The translations under genes were made by a program, and so were the position numbers. The notes under the pieces were generated by a model. That model was not told the origin of the DNA. It searched no databases and saw only the letters and a list, made by a program, of their open reading frames with translations. A DNA stretch of 63,876 nt, the filler included, from Lama guanicoe (Eukaryota): assembly GCA_013239625.1 (NCBI GenBank). It is 79 parts of 78 records of this genome, joined end to end, with 100 filler letters (N's around TTAATTAATTAA, not from the genome) between each part and the next. Parts side by side here need not be neighbours in the genome. Positions count along the whole stretch, not along the records: positions 62,819 to 63,602 come from PNXV01014157.1; positions 63,703 to 63,876 come from MU055524.1; 77 more parts are not named here. One strand, 5' to 3'. Positions 62,819 through 63,876 of the stretch are shown here, in pieces (position 1 is the stretch's first letter; each line of letters opens with the position of its first letter).

Positions 62819-63602
62819 ACTGAAGAGAGCTGCGTGGAGTTTTCTCTCGAGCTCCCCCGCGCACAGAAAATGGTTCCAGAATCCTGAAATTGGGGAGGTT
62901 CCACCAACGGTCGGTAGCACGTGGTTTCTAACGAAATGCCTAAGCTAGTCCCCCTTGAGTGTTTTCAAAATGTCTGTCTGCCAGGAAATGCTGGGGGTCT
63001 GCGCTGGCATGTCCAGTGTCAGCGGTTGCCTCCCCAAGGGTAGGGAAGGTATTTCTCAGACTTCCCACTAGCAGGGAACACCTGTGACAAGCTGCGTGGA
63101 GTTGACTCTCGAGCTCCCCCAAGCAGAGACAATGGTTCTTGAATCCTGAGGGTGGGGAGGTTCCAACAACAATCGGCAGCGCGAGGATTCAAACGGAATG
63201 CCTTATCCCGTCTCCCCTGATGGTTTCCCTTATGTCTGGCTGCCAAGGAATGCTGGGGTTCTGCGCTGCCATTCCCAGTGTCAGCGGCTGCCTCCCCAAG
63301 GTCAGGGAAGATGTTTCTCGGGCTTCCCTCTAACTGGGAAATCCTGTGACTGAAGAGATCTGCGTGGAGTTCTGTCTCGAGCTCCCCCACGCACTGACAA
63401 TTGTTCCGGAAACCTAAGCGTCGGGAGGTTCCTCCAAAGGTCGGCATTGCGTGGGTTTAACGGAATGCCTAAGCTCGTCACCCCTGGGGTTTTCCTAATG
63501 TCTCTGTGCCAGGGAAATGTAGGGGTGTTTACAGGAAATCCCAGAGACAGAGCCAGCCTCCCGAAGTTCAGGGAAGGTATTTCTCGGACTTCTTCGGCAC
63601 CG
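62819..63602 (-). repeat. Satellite B (variant monomers)
   Basis: About three monomers with ggggaggttcc.ccaa and gagctcccc anchors. Confidence 0.95.
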
Positions 63603-63702
63603 NNNNNNNNNNNNNNNNNNNNNNNNNNNNNNNNNNNNNNNNNNNNTTAATTAATTAANNNNNNNNNNNNNNNNNNNNNNNNNNNNNNNNNNNNNNNNNN
63701 NN

Positions 63703-63876
63703 TGTCAGAGGCTGCCTCACCAAGGTCAGGGAAGTTATTTCTCGGACTTCCATGAGCAGGGAATACCTGTGACTGAAGAGAGCTGCGTGGAGTTGTCTCT
63801 CGAGTTCCCCCACTCAATGACAATTGTTCCGGAATACTGAGCGTGGGGAGGTTCCACCAACGGTCGGCAGCGCGTT
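63703..63876 (-). repeat. Satellite B (partial, to window end)
   Basis: gactgaagagagctgcgtggagttgtctctcgag...ggggaggttccaccaacggtcggcagcgcg. Confidence 0.95.

Noticed and set aside
522..63658. CRISPR-like or regularly spaced palindromic repeat TTAATTAATTAA with unique spacers
   Set aside because: Always embedded in exactly 44+44 N, so it is an assembly linker; mammalian context and no cas genes.

Overview
This window is not a contiguous locus. It is a concatenation of about 79 short (roughly 0.4-1.5 kb) unplaced mammalian contigs joined by an artificial 100-bp linker (N44-TTAATTAATTAA-N44, stops in all six frames; about 78 copies counted), so adjacency across linkers has no biological meaning. 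The L1 3' ends resemble camelid L1, so the source is probably alpaca or camel (inference). Four satellite families dominate: (A) an AT-rich TTCnnnn heptamer satellite with 7>63>126-bp hierarchy (14 contigs); (B) a GC/CpG-rich 266-267-bp satellite (6 contigs) plus an older diverged relative (3 contigs); (C) a 248-249-bp satellite (5 contigs); (D) a 16-bp GC-rich repeat (1 contig). There are many L1 fragments plus old L2, MIR, Charlie and Tigger relics. Genic pieces are an OR2-family olfactory receptor pseudogene, one KIF16B motor-domain exon and a few unidentified candidate exons. The most notable items are the 5' end of an endogenous betaretrovirus (LTR, tRNA-Lys3 PBS, splice donor, open JSRV-like gag matrix) and an L1 lacking most of ORF2. 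I found no convincing novel multi-gene system, and most ORFs in the track are artefacts of N-runs or satellites.
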